DNA from: Raillietiella orientalis
Lineage: Eukaryota
NCBI GenBank assembly: GCA_036172245.1
Contig: JAYWIR010000017.1
Location: 2,294,001 to 2,358,000, forward strand
Reading direction: 5' to 3'
DNA length: 64,000 bases
Shown: piece after piece, positions 12,781 through 24,000 of the stretch
How the letters are laid out: the number at the start of each line of letters is the position of its first letter
Position numbering within the stretch: position 1 is the first letter of the stretch
Translations under genes and position numbers: made by a program
The notes under the pieces: model-generated
Told to the model about the DNA's origin: nothing
Database searches by the model: none
Seen by the model: only the letters and a program-made list of their open reading frames with translations

Positions 12781-13190
12781 ATATTAACGACTGATATAAA
12801 TGAAATGCTTGTTGTCCTATCATCCATGTGCATGTATTTTCTTTTTCCCACGCAACTCTGTATGAAAATCTCACACGATATCGCGTGCAGCAATTTTTAT
12901 CTTTATATATCCTGAAAATGGATTATTTGAAATTTCGAGACTTTTTTTTCCTTCCCCTCGGACGGTGCACGCATCGTGGCACGCTGTGAAAAAAAATTCG
13001 TTGCCAGGCTGTGCGGTTTCCGAGCCGCTTTAGCCGGCTTAGAACACGGTGGTAACAGAAGAAGCAGCGATGATGATGATGTCGATATGATTTGCCTGAC
13101 GGGTGCTGTGGTCTCAAGGGTCACCCTGACGCACTGTTTCGTTCTCGCTGCTATCAACGAGTCTCTCCTGCTGAAGCCAAGGGATGGCTA

Positions 13191-14400
13191 TCACCCGGTT
13201 ATGCCGGGGCATTTATTACGTATAGCAATAAAAATACACTGGTGTGGTAGACCCGATGGTTCTACCACGTGCAATGAATCTGATGAGGACTGGTACGCAG
13301 ACCGGTGAGGCCCGCTTCGGAAATGTGGGGGAAGGGAAAAAAAAATAAACGCACCAAAACAGGGAAAGGAAAATTGCAAACGGGGAGGAGGGGGAGGAGC
13401 AAGGAACGGATCACAGTATGTTGTCAGGAATCCTCTGCATTCTCTTCAAAATGCTGGCAATTTCCGTCCGTATAGCGCCATCTCGAGGAGGTCCTATGGA
13501 AGATCCACTCCCAGTGGATAGCGTCCCTGCCATTTTGGCCTCTTCTTCCCGAGTTCCAGGCCGCCACAATCCTGCGGAGACAGAAGAGAACTGCGAGAGA
13601 CGCGGCTGGAGGAAGTGGCCTCTGATGATGTCCCTGGGGCTGCCCAACGGGATTCCTAGGATCGTCGCGAGGCGATCCCAAAAGGATCGGAGGGCAGCAC
13701 AGTCTACCGGCAGGTGCGAGAGGGTCTTCTTCTTCCCGCATCTGTCGCATTCTGAGCGTCCACGCTTCCCCCCCGTGTCCAGTGGTGAAGGTGCGCTTTG
13801 CACGGGATCCCCCCATGCAACATCCGCAACGCCGACTCCTCCACTTGAAGGGGAGGGCGCCACTGCTCCAGCACACTAAGGTCCACCTCCTCCGGAGGAT
13901 GTCGAGCAGCTCTCCCCAGCATACAATTCTGTGGGGTGGGACGAAGTCGCAGCGTCCGTCACTTCCCGGGCTGCCCACATGCTCCCAGAAGTTTCTTCGC
14001 TTCCATGCAGCACGTCGCTTCCCACCTTGCCGGGATCACGCTGTCCCTTGAGTCCCTTAAGGAGGGTAGCAAGGGGAGGTAGACGAGGATCACCGCATCT
14101 TCTGCGGGGTTGCGAACGATCTTCTCCAGCAGCTTGCGAGCGTTGATGCCTTTTTGTAGGCAGGCACCTCCCCCCTCGCTCGCGCGGTGGATCTTTCCCC
14201 AGACGAAGACGGGACTCCTGAAGCCGGGCATTGCAGTTCGCGGAAAGGCAGGAGATCCAGCGTTCTCCTCCACCAGGGCAATCATCTTCTGGAGCTGGAG
14301 AATACCTGCAACGCCTCGGTAACCTCTTGGGAGCGACGAGGAGGGACACGAGCCGGTTGCGCTCTTAGAGAGGAGCTGTGCTGATGCGCACTGGGGTGTG
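13191..14400 (-). mobile_element. Tx1/L1-type LINE copy B (divergent subfamily): ORF2 C-terminus with CCHC knuckle plus 3' UTR
   Basis: 'ECDRCGKKKTLSHLPVDCAALRSFWDRL' knuckle. 'LLGAC..REVTDAATSS' matches copy A 'FLGAWKTRELVDAATSR'. Its 3' end aataaatgccccggcataaccgggtga matches the end of copy A. Confidence 0.78.
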
Positions 14401-14669
14401 GTCCATAGTCTCTCCGCGAGGACGAGTCTTGCGAGTTGGGGCTAAAACGCTCCGTCCTCTCCAGCGTGAGGAGGCCCAGTCCAACATCCTTACGCGGAGC
14501 TCGCAAGTCTTTAAGTGAGACTCTGGACCTCCTTGTGCCCCACGGGGCTTCCGGGATGCAAGTCAAGCAATAATGGAAATCCCTTCGGGTTCTCTCCTCT
14601 ATTTCGCTGCTTTCCTTCCAGCTTTTCTTTTTCGGTTTTCCCTTTTTTTCGTCCTCCAAGCGTCGAAGA

Positions 14670-15180
14670 ACTGCTCATCTGGCGGCTCACGAAGCTCTTT
14701 GACTCTGTCCATGGGTCCCTAAGGGTGCTTTTTTCTCTTCAAGTTAGGAGGTGCCTTGAAAGGGGAGCAGCCTATGAATCCAGGAAGGTTACGGAGGAAG
14801 AAGGAGTCCGTTCCTCTCTCATGCTTGGGTGAGAATCCTGTAGGGAAACCGGAAAGGATCCGCTTCTGGTTTCCTCCTCTGAAGGGAACCCCGAAGGGAC
14901 ACTTCCCAATTTCTCCGGTCGTTCCCCCAAAGGAGCAGCAGCTTCTTGGCACTCTGGAGAAGCAGCCCCCGATGGGGGTATCAACCGGCTCCGGAGTAAC
15001 GGCTCCATTTTCACAGCCGGAGAAGAACGCCGGAGGGAGCCGGCTCCTCGTTTCCCGGAAGGACCACCGACGTTCTATTTTCAAATCCCGGCCAGTCAGC
15101 CAACGAGGGCATGCATCCAGGGGGTTTCCGGCTTCCAGCAGTGCCGCCGACCCGAAGCCTACAGGCCGACCAGCTTCATC
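14670..15180 (+). repeat. Fragment of LINE 5'/ORF1 region; inverted homologue of 21780-22330
   Basis: Shared blocks include ctctttgactctgtcc, ctcttcaagtta, ggatccgct and gtatcaaccggctcc. Both copies encode 'NPGR..KK ... PERIR.WFPPLK.TPKG'. Confidence 0.8.
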
Positions 15181-15184
15181 CTGT

Positions 15185-15340
15185 GTGGGGGAGGGATTCG
15201 AAACCCACACTTAATCCCCATTTCTCGACGTCGACCCTTCCCTGGGTGGGATTCAAACTCGCAACGCTTGGTGCCGCGCGCGCGGAGACCGTAGCATGCA
15301 TCGTGGAGAATTGGAGCATCATGACGCACTGAGTGCACCG
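15185..15340 (-). other. tRNA-derived (SINE-head-like) remnant with two B-box-like motifs
   Basis: Minus strand has gcgagtttgaatcccaccc and gggtttcgaatccctccc (GTTCGAATCC-like), plus a weak A-box-like gtgcactcagtgcg upstream. I could not build a full cloverleaf. Confidence 0.4.
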
Positions 15341-15559
15341 AACTCATCTCGTACGGATGAATCAATGGGGTCACCTTGCAGTCGCCCTCATCAAGGCGGC
15401 TGCCAGGCTGGTGGCCTCTCTTCGCTGAGAATGGGAACCCAGCACGGAGTGGGCTGCGATGATGGCGCGGATGAAACAGGTGATCGCGATCGCATCATCA
15501 GACCCAATCTTAAGTGTACCAAAGACATAGTTCCAAGAACTCCATTCTCGTCCCGCTGA

Positions 15560-16600
15560 ATCCACACTGCAGGAATCCGTTCCTGTTCTCTTTTCCAACG
15601 CGTGGGAGGATCTGCCGGTGTCAGCCGAAGTCCAGTGAATCCTTGACGACGGCTCTTTCGGGATAGGCATCTGAGAGCCTCGGCTCGGCTTCTGCAGGAG
15701 CTCCTCACACGCTCTCAGCCGTGGTTTGCGGTCTTTCGGTGGATCTTCCCGAAAACCTCGAACAGACTGAACCGGGACAGAGGCCGCCTGCATGGAGTCC
15801 ACGTCAGACCTCTAGGATGTCGCTGGGGCACTTTGCTCCCGCCACAAGGATCTGCGTCGACGGCGACTCCCGGAAGGCCACCTTCAGTGGGGAACACTTT
15901 ACGACTGGAGATTTCCCGCACCATCGCGCGGGAAGGACCAACCTCCTCGACGTAGCTGGGAAACGAGAAGGTTGGTGGGTGGCGCCACCTCTCATTCCTG
16001 GGAGAAGGGATCCCTCCGGCGGAGCGACCTGCTCGGGCACTTCCTGAAGAACTGTTCTTGATCCCTCCCTTGAGCATGGACACGACGGTGCTCTCGTTGC
16101 AGTGGAAACAGGATGTCCTGCTGTTTCCGCGCTGGGGAATGCCGGTTCAGGAGCCCGGTTCCCGGGGGAGTTGCCTTCCCCGAACCGTTTCTGGAGTATT
16201 CTGGTTCCTGTTGGACTGCGGTGCCCTAGTGGATACATGGCGGAGACTCCCTTCGGCGGTCCGCCACCCGGAGGGCAGCGCTGCGGACTCGCTGCGGAGT
16301 TTCTTCTCCCAAGGCAGACTGAAGATGGACTCTGCGATCGCAACCATCTGGTTGTGATCACAGCCTCCTTGCCATGTATTGGAGTCTCGTTTGCAGCGAA
16401 GGGAGGCCATCAGCATGGCAACCGCGTTGTTCATGAGGGCGGCTGCAAGGTGGCCCCATCTTCCAGAAAAAGTCGTCAGTGAGGTCGCCATCATATACAG
16501 CCGCTTCCAAGAAGGGAACAAATAAAACCAAAGACCTCTGTCTCTACTTTTGTCTTTTTTTATTTATTTATTGTCCCTCCCTCCGTTCCTTACTTCCTTA
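15560..16600 (+). mobile_element. Tx1/L1-type LINE copy D: ORF2 C-terminus and partial 3' UTR
   Basis: Homologous to copies A/E (ttcctgttggactgcggtgccc; gagggcggctgcaaggtggccccatct; aaaccaaagacctctgtc in the UTR). The 3' UTR is internally deleted and truncated. Confidence 0.75.
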
Positions 16601-16624
16601 GAAGCCGCGACTTCTGGAAATGGT

Positions 16625-17680
16625 GATTGAGGACGTGGTGAAGTGGTCAACCTTGGCTGCCGCCACACCCCTCGCCTGTCTGCCCTCAGGGCAAGCGACG
16701 ACAGTAACCGATAGGCGAGGGGGGAGTTTTCCTGCGCCAATGCGGGAAAAACCAGACTCCTCGGCGGCTGGAAGACGGGCAAGCTGGAGGATGCTGCCAC
16801 TCCGCGTGTTGTGGCGACGGAACTCCTTCGGTGGGCAAACTTCTGAGTGTTTCCCCAGAATCACTTGTGGCTCTTTCTCCATTGTGTAGACATTTCAGTG
16901 TTCCCTCTCTCCTGGAAACAGACCTTGCTGCTCTTCTTCCGCTGGAGATCCCAGTGCAACGAACAGCGGCACCGCGTTTCCGCAGGGGGTGCATCTCCGA
17001 ACTGCTCCAGGTGCGGATCGGTGGAGTCGATCCCGCCGCACCTGCTCCTGGATTGTAGTGCCTTCCAGGAACTGTGGCAGCAGCACTCCTGCATCAGGAG
17101 GACACCTCCCGAGACGTGCTGCGACCGTTCTTCGTGCCGGTAGGACTCTCGACTGGTGCGGTGGTCGCAACCACGGGTTGCACTCGCGCCATCGTCACGG
17201 CCCGCCACGTTCTCGGAACGACCACACAGCGAAGGGAGTTAACTGGGATGGCAGCCGCCTACAGAAGGGCGGCTGCAAGGTGGCCTCACCTGGAACAAGA
17301 AGTGGAGGAGATCGCTGGCATCCGGCTCCGTTTTGAGGATAGCTAGGAACTGCGGACACCAATGGCTCTTGTCCTCTGTCTCCCTTTATTTGTTTTCTCA
17401 TTCCCCATCCCCGTTGGCTCCGCAACTTTCTCGGTGCTTTTTGTCCAAATCCCGGTTTATACGGAAAGAACTCAAAGATCCCTGTCCCCATCCCACCGGA
17501 TTTATTTTTTTGTTGTTCCCCGATCCCCTGTTCCGTTCCAGACTTTTCATTATCCCGGTCTGTGTGTCGATGGACCCTCCCCTTGAACTTCTTTTGTTTC
17601 CGGCTGGGAACCAGCGTGTTCCCAACTGGTTTATCTTTTAGAAAACAAACGCGACCTGACATGGCCAAGTGGAAAAATTT
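16625..17680 (+). mobile_element. Tx1/L1-type LINE copy E: 5'-truncated, ORF2 C-terminus plus complete 3' UTR
   Basis: 'NCSRCGSVESIPPHLLLDC' knuckle. Colinear nucleotide homology to ~8310-9365. Confidence 0.82.
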
Positions 17681-17899
17681 GCGACTGAGCCTCTCCTTCT
17701 TCGCTCCTGGCAGCAGTTCACTCCAGAGCGCTCCCTCCACTGGTTCCTGAAGCATCGTGGAGTGAAGAAGGAACCGTGAAGATGGAGGCGGCGACGATGG
17801 AGGTGGTGAGGTAGAGGAAGAGGAAGGGAAGCGTCCAAGGAGACGAGATTCCAGACATCGGGCCTGCTGATGGAATGTGCACGTGGGACACCCATCAGC

Positions 17900-18400
17900 G
17901 CTGCGGATAATTGGAGTCCATTAACATCCTGTCACGAGAATTGGGCGAAGGGGGTTCCTCCTCATCAAGCCCATCTGGAGCTGACGCCAATTAGCAGCCG
18001 GAGGATGCATCGGAGGTGAGCCTTGGTACAAAGGGCGTCTTCGCCAGCAATTACATCGACGAGGCTGATCGATGACGTTTCCGACGCATCCGATTCGATT
18101 GTCCAGCAGCGCTGAACATCCTCGCTTCCAGCAGCTTGAGGCTGCACATGAAGGACGAGAGACATCTAGATCTGGGGAGGGAGGAAGAGGGGGAAAGGTC
18201 GTTCCCTTTCCGGCGGGTAGTAAAAAATCCACCTCCCTTCGCGCACCTTCGCCTCGGAGAGCGCAACGGTGGAGGATCCCGTAAGCGCGCGTCCAGGAAG
18301 CAGGATGAGTGGACCTCGGACGCCGAAACTCATCTGGTCCGAAGATGAACGACGCTACATCTAAAAAGCTCAAAAGACCATCTTGCGTTTCATCCCGTCG
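17900..18400 (-). pseudogene. Tx1-type ORF1 (gag-like) fragment
   Basis: 'YGILHR...REVDFLLP...DQPRRCNCW' resembles ORF1 G..tG.R.V...IP...gQp..C..C. Similar to 23570-24000. Confidence 0.5.
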
Positions 18401-18449
18401 CCCCTTCGCTCAGAGGACCGTGTGGCTCCTTGCGGGGCTCTCCTCACCC

Positions 18450-21400
18450 TCGAAGATTACCCAATTTAAGTCAATCACGGGCGCTCTCCTTGCCGAGGCG
18501 GCGACGACGCACAGCAGTTCCGCGGGGAGGTGACGGCCGCTACGCAGCAAGGAGTTCACAATCTCGGCGTCGCGGAGAGCGGGCCTTCCGGTCATCCAAG
18601 AATCTTGGGGTTTCAGAAACGGCCACTCTGCATCGACAGTTTTTCAGATTTTTTCCTTTTTTTTTTCCTTTTTTCTCTTTTGCCTCGCTCATTCCAGGAT
18701 GCAATTTCGGATCATGACGGGAGGAAATTCCGGAAACTTCGCGATTTTCCCCTTGCCGGCGCGATCTTGTCATTTTTGCACAGCTTCCCTTTCTTCTATA
18801 TGATCGGGATGCCGTTCGGTTCGCCTCCTAGGCAGGAAACACCAGTGATGATTCTGGCTCCATGAACGAAGATGAGCGCATCTCCCGAAGTGCTCCTTTG
18901 GGTGCCCTTCGGTAAGGCAGCCTCCTCGTCGGGGATGTCGCGGTCCAGAAACCTTTCGGGTAGCACTCGAGCGCTCTGCCGCTCTGCGAATCCCCGGCTG
19001 GACCCGTGCCATGGCTCCTTCTCGGATGGGTTCCCGTGGTTTCGTGACGCGGAACCATCCACTCTTTCCTCTCTCGAACGTTTTTCCACCCGTCGGATCA
19101 CTCGCCGCCGTGGTAGCTTCTTCGGCGCCTCGATGCTTCCGCACTGGCAAGCCGTTTCACGTGAGCTGCCACGTGGTCGGGGGAGGAACTGAAGAGAACT
19201 GCTCTTCGGAGGCTGAGGGTCGACTGGCCCGCGCTCAGAGGCCATTTTCGTGAACTCCCCCTCCTCCTCATAAGACCTCGGGGACTACTATCAGGATCTG
19301 AGACTACGGCAGCGGCTCCAGGCGAGCTCGAACCCAACCAAACCTTCCCCAGCACGCTCTCCCGCACCCGGGGATCTCCGACGACGGAATGCCGGGGGAC
19401 ACGAATGGCTCTGTCCCGGCGGTCCTGTGTAGGAGATTGTCTCGCTCGAACGCCGCGACTACGCAACCGGCCCTGGGGTTGCCTGGTCGCGCACTCCTTA
19501 GCGAGTTACGGCTCCCATGGCCTGTGGCCTCCCTGACGATCCTGCCAACCGGCACCTCCCACGGGAGTTGATGGAACGCCCTCTCCTAGGGCGTCCCGCA
19601 ACCCGAGGTTTGGTTCATCTCCCAGCTCCAGTTGCGATCACCGAAATGAGCGTGCTGATGGTCATCAGATAGTCCGATCTTCGGCATTCAAGCAGCCCTG
19701 ACTCCTCACCCGTTTGGAGTTCGAGGGAAGGTCAGGGTCATTTTGGCTAGAGGGCATCCTCTAGTCATCCCCTTTACCGGATCCCCCTCCTTCCGCTTCT
19801 CCTCTCTTCACCGGCTGCTTGGTGGTTCGATTCGAATGGAGAGTAAGCTCCAGGAACTACTCGGAAGAGTCTAAAGACGATTCTGCCAACCAAAGTCCTA
19901 GGCAGGATTTTGCCACACCTCATGTCTTTGGAAACTCTTCAGCGGAGTCTGGATTCCACCGCCAAAGCTGCAGTCCGATGTCTTTGCCCTCAGTACTCAC
20001 GAACGTTTAAGCAAACGTGGATGGCACCTGGGACTGACTCTGTCCCCCCCCGCTCCTTAAACCACCTGGGTCGCTCCAGTGGATTTTCTGGGATGCCCCT
20101 GTCGAGACGTCCAAGAAGATTGCGCAACCCATCCAAGAAGCAGGGAAATAAAGGGGAAGGAAGAAGCGCTGGAACACTGGCTGCGCGTCCCAGTCGAGGC
20201 GACCGAGACCGCACCAGTTCTCGCTAAGAGCTACGTGGATCGCATCCCTGAGACAGCAAAGTCAGGTCACTCGGTGCGGATGCGCTCTGAAATGCACAAA
20301 GCAAACCCGTTGCCATGCTGCTGGGCTCCAGCCTTAAGAGTAGCACTGTAAGTCCCGTTTCCCGATCCCTTGAGGGAACGGCACCTGCAAGGAATAGCAA
20401 GCTTGAACGGAATGGGAAAACGAAGAGAGATACGAAGAGGAGCGGGGAAGAAGAGAAGAAAGGCATGGACCTCCCTGGTTTCGGGATAAACCCTGGATCC
20501 AGAATGTGAAGACAGGAGGAAAGAAGGCTTTCTAGGAGAGAGCTGCGAAGGGGCACATGGCGGGAGATGTGTCCGGAAACCGTGTGTTCAGCCAGTGGCA
20601 AGCGACGGCTAAGAAATACGTGGAGGCGACGCTTTCATCTTGAGGGATCCACGGCAGAAACGTCAGCAGCGACGCCACGTCAGCAGCGACGTACGTGGCG
20701 CCAAGCGCCGCGGGCATTCAGGACATTCGTCAAGGACCGTGGCTGAGCTAGACACGTTGTGAGTTTTCGAGTCTCGGCGCGATGCTGGCTACGGGATGGC
20801 TCCAGGTTCCGGGTGCGCGTCGGTAGGGAGCAACGGTTCCCGCCGACGCAGAGCCTGGGATTTCGACCCATCTTCCTACTCCTCCTTTCCCCTTTTCGCG
20901 TGCATCTCGGGTGAGCGAGCGTAAAAGAGCCAGCGTTGCCTAGACACTCCGATGTCCCCTCAGAGGGAGGCAATGCAGAGTGCTCTCGGCCAATCAAAGA
21001 AAAGAGAAAAAAAAAAAGAAAGATGCTGGAAGGACGTGACAAGATGCAGCCGCAGAAATGAATCAGCGTTCCATCATCCAATGATCCTCGTTTCCTGATC
21101 CTTTTTTTCTACCGAAAAAAGCAAAGAGACCTCCGAAATGAGGATCTGAGTGGACCGGCATGATTCTCAGCCGGCTACTCCTTTTGAGCTGCGAGCAAAC
21201 ATCCGAGCGTGCTGATCCCATCATCGAGGACTATTACGCAGCACATCTGCAGCACGCCCGCAATCGCCTTGCAGCACAGCGCCTGTAGAGCTCTTCACCG
21301 TCGTCTCGATTCGGAGAGCTGATCCTGCTGACGGAGATGAGAACCTCCCCGGGGTCTGGAGTTCACCGCATGCTGCTGCCGGGCAGCCTGGAGAGACCCT

Positions 21401-22650
21401 CATCGATAATGGGGGATCCCTTTATCATCGGTGTCAATGGCCTGCTCTCAGTGTAGACCCGCGCTGGAGGCGGCCGTGTGGCTGCGGTCTCTCCGTGCGC
21501 GTGGTCCCACGCGTCGCAGGGAAGGGAAGGGGTAGAATGAATCCCGTCCGGGGAAGGGTCGTGGCCGAGAAAAGGGAATTTCCCTCCCCCCTCATCCCCC
21601 CGGCAGGATGACGCTGGTTGGCCCACGGACTTAGGTTGATGCACTGGTGGACACTGAATACCGGATTGGAAGTTGGCCCTGCAGGGTCCTTCCAGGAATC
21701 AAGGAGTCGGCTCTCTTCAAGGTTCCTCTCCATCTGTGAAAATCGGGGCCTTTCCTTGCCCTCGGGGAGCACCTATAATTCTGGTCAGCATGTAGGCTTC
21801 GGGTGCAGCATTGATGGAAGCCGGAAACCCCTGGATGCTTCCGTTGACTTGCCGGGATTGGAAGTTGACCCTCTGGGGTCCTACCGGGAATAGAGGAGTC
21901 GGATCCCTTCGACGTTCTCCTCCAGCTGTGAAGATGGAGCCGTTATCATGGAGCCGGTTGATACCCCCTCAGGGGGTTGCCTCTCCAGAGTATCAAGAAG
22001 CGCGCTGCTCCCTACGGGGAGTGTCCCTCAGAGAAATTGACGAGCGTCCCTTCGGAGTTCTCTTTAGGGGAGGAAACCAGGAGCGGATCCTTTCCGGATG
22101 GCTAAGAAGCAAAAGAGCAGCGGTTCCCTCCGGAGAGAACAAGGAAGAAGAGGTTCTCTTCGGGGTTTCTCTACCACGCGTGAGAAAGATACAGACTCCC
22201 TTCTTCGAAGCTCTTCCTGGATTCCTAGTGAGGTCCTTCCGGGGTTGACTCTTTAACTTGAAGAGTGACAAGCCCCCTCTTATGGGACAGAGTCAAAGAG
22301 AATTTTGTGAATTCCCCACTGAGGGGGAACGGTTGTTCAGCACTTGGCTCTGGATCTGGACGTTCCATTCCCTGTGTTCTCCATGATCGCCACTGTCCAC
22401 CCGTGCATTCCTTGGAGCTACGAATGCGCTGAAGTCCTGCAGTTTTTGGTTTCCTGATGTTCCAAGAACTCGCAGCCTCTGCTTTTCAGAGGTCCTTTCC
22501 CACTGTCTTCCTGAGAGAAAAAAAAAAGAAAGAAAAAAGGGGAAAAGGTGGTCCAGCCACATCGGATTTCCCGGTCGTAGAGAAACCTCCTGCCAGGCCC
22601 GTCTGGTTCCTGGAGCGAGAGAGCCACTGATCGGGAAACGGTGAGGGAAT
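18450..22650 (-). mobile_element. Tx1/L1-type LINE 5' portion: ORF1 with zinc knuckle and start of ORF2 endonuclease
   Basis: Minus strand order: 5' region (homologous to 14670-15180), then 'TTCLAQPRS' and 'ACH..SGHISR.MCP' knuckle remnants (20550-20760), a low-complexity region, then 'IAPARGKSRSFRNFLPS*SEIASWNE' resembling the EN N-terminus (..D.AFLQE) at ~18690-18770. Confidence 0.55.
20660..20691. repeat. 15-bp direct duplication (acgtcagcagcgacg x2, period 17)
   Basis: Read directly at 20660-20674 and 20677-20691. Confidence 0.9.
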
Positions 22651-22749
22651 TCTTAGGAGATCGATTTTTTTCCCTTCTTCCGGGACTGCTTCGGGGAATC
22701 GAACGCGTGTAGCTTAGAGACGATCCTGGCGATTAATCTGTCAGGCTCA

Positions 22750-23560
22750 GGCATGCAAATCTTCTTGCAGAGGCGTTCTCTCCATTCGGGTTCCCATCTG
22801 CATGACTCTCGCATTAATTATTTCATATCCTGATTTCACTCTGATTGGATGAAGAGAAGAAGAACAAAAAAAAAAAAAAAAAAGACGCGCATGGGGGATT
22901 CGGATGAAAAGAGCAGCTCAAGTGAAAGATCACTCTCAGCAAACGGAGAGAGGGCCGCGATCTCTTGCTGCATGTTTTCTCGCCCAGATGGGACATAGCG
23001 CACGTCTTCTTGATTACGGACGATGAGATTGCATCTGATTTAGTAGGAAACCTGCATCCTCGTTTTTCTTTTTTCTTTTTTATTATTATTATTATATTAT
23101 TGCATTTTTCGTTCGCCTCCTCCTCTTTTGCAGATCGCTGATTGGCAGCGCACAGGTGGTCTCCGCGGAAACCCCAGCATCCGTCTCTTCCGGGGAGCCC
23201 ACCTTGTTCTTTCTCTCCCCGCGAACTCTGAGGTTTCCAGCTCTTTCCTTTGAACCTCTCCGTCCATGAGAAGGTGTTCTTCTAGAGAACAAGCAGCCAA
23301 AACAGGCTTCAAGGAGCTGGAAGGACCCTGCTGTATTCGCCTTGTCCCACTTTGGTCGCTTTGGATGCAGACGTCCCAGATGGGAAAGCGCTGGAAAGAT
23401 TCGTGCATGAAAGAATTCACATCCAAAAATTTCTTCTCCTTCTTTTGATGGATACATATGGTCTCCCTCCCAGTTTCTCAGATGTCTTCCCAGAGACCCC
23501 GTATTCCCTGCAAGCGGGACAATCACGCAACTGGTTTCCAAGGGAATCGAACGTTCGGGA
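22750..23560 (-). pseudogene. LINE reverse-transcriptase fragment, degenerate
   Basis: 'ETSCVIVPLAGNTG...EEIFGCEFF...KANTAGSF' follows RT motifs W..A.IIPL.K.G / K.FEK / Q.GF. A G.PQG-like segment lies near 22790. Confidence 0.45.
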
Positions 23561-23569
23561 CTGAATTCG

Positions 23570-24000
23570 AGAGTTTCGGGGACGAAACCTCAAGGTGTCG
23601 GGCGCTCCTCGACTGAGACGCGCAGCCGGTGTATGCGCGGGCCCCACCGCGTCCCGTCGAGGGGAGCATTCTGACTCTCGAGTGCCCCCCGGAGATTTGG
23701 ATGAAGAGAAGAACACACACAAAAAAAAAACGACTCAGGACGCGGGGGACGGAAACGGCAAAGGGATTTTTCCCTTTCCGCATTGGCCAGCATCCAAAAA
23801 ATCTACCCGACTCCGATGAAAGGCCCCGGTGGAGGGCTCCATCGGGTGGTCTCTTAACCGCCGCCGACAACACAGAAGCTGCAAGAATGACCGGGGGGAG
23901 GGGGGGGAAGGGCCTCGGCCGCACTGGAAGAGGGGGAGGAGGGCGTTCTCTCGCACTAGTAGGTTCTTTGAGAGTCTGAGCGATCGGCATACCCGCGGAG
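23570..24000 (-). pseudogene. Tx1-type ORF1 fragment
   Basis: 'DGALHRG / RSRVDFL...GKIPLPFP'. Nucleotide similarity to 18190-18290 (ttccctttccg..aaaaaatc.acc..cggtggagg). Confidence 0.5.

Noticed and set aside
13280..13325. CTGATGA followed by a stem (hammerhead-like)
   Set aside because: No GAAA after stem II, and it lies antisense within the 3' UTR of LINE copy B.
22688..22710. tRNA gene (gttcgattccccg on minus strand)
   Set aside because: Isolated B-box-like motif without an A-box or cloverleaf.
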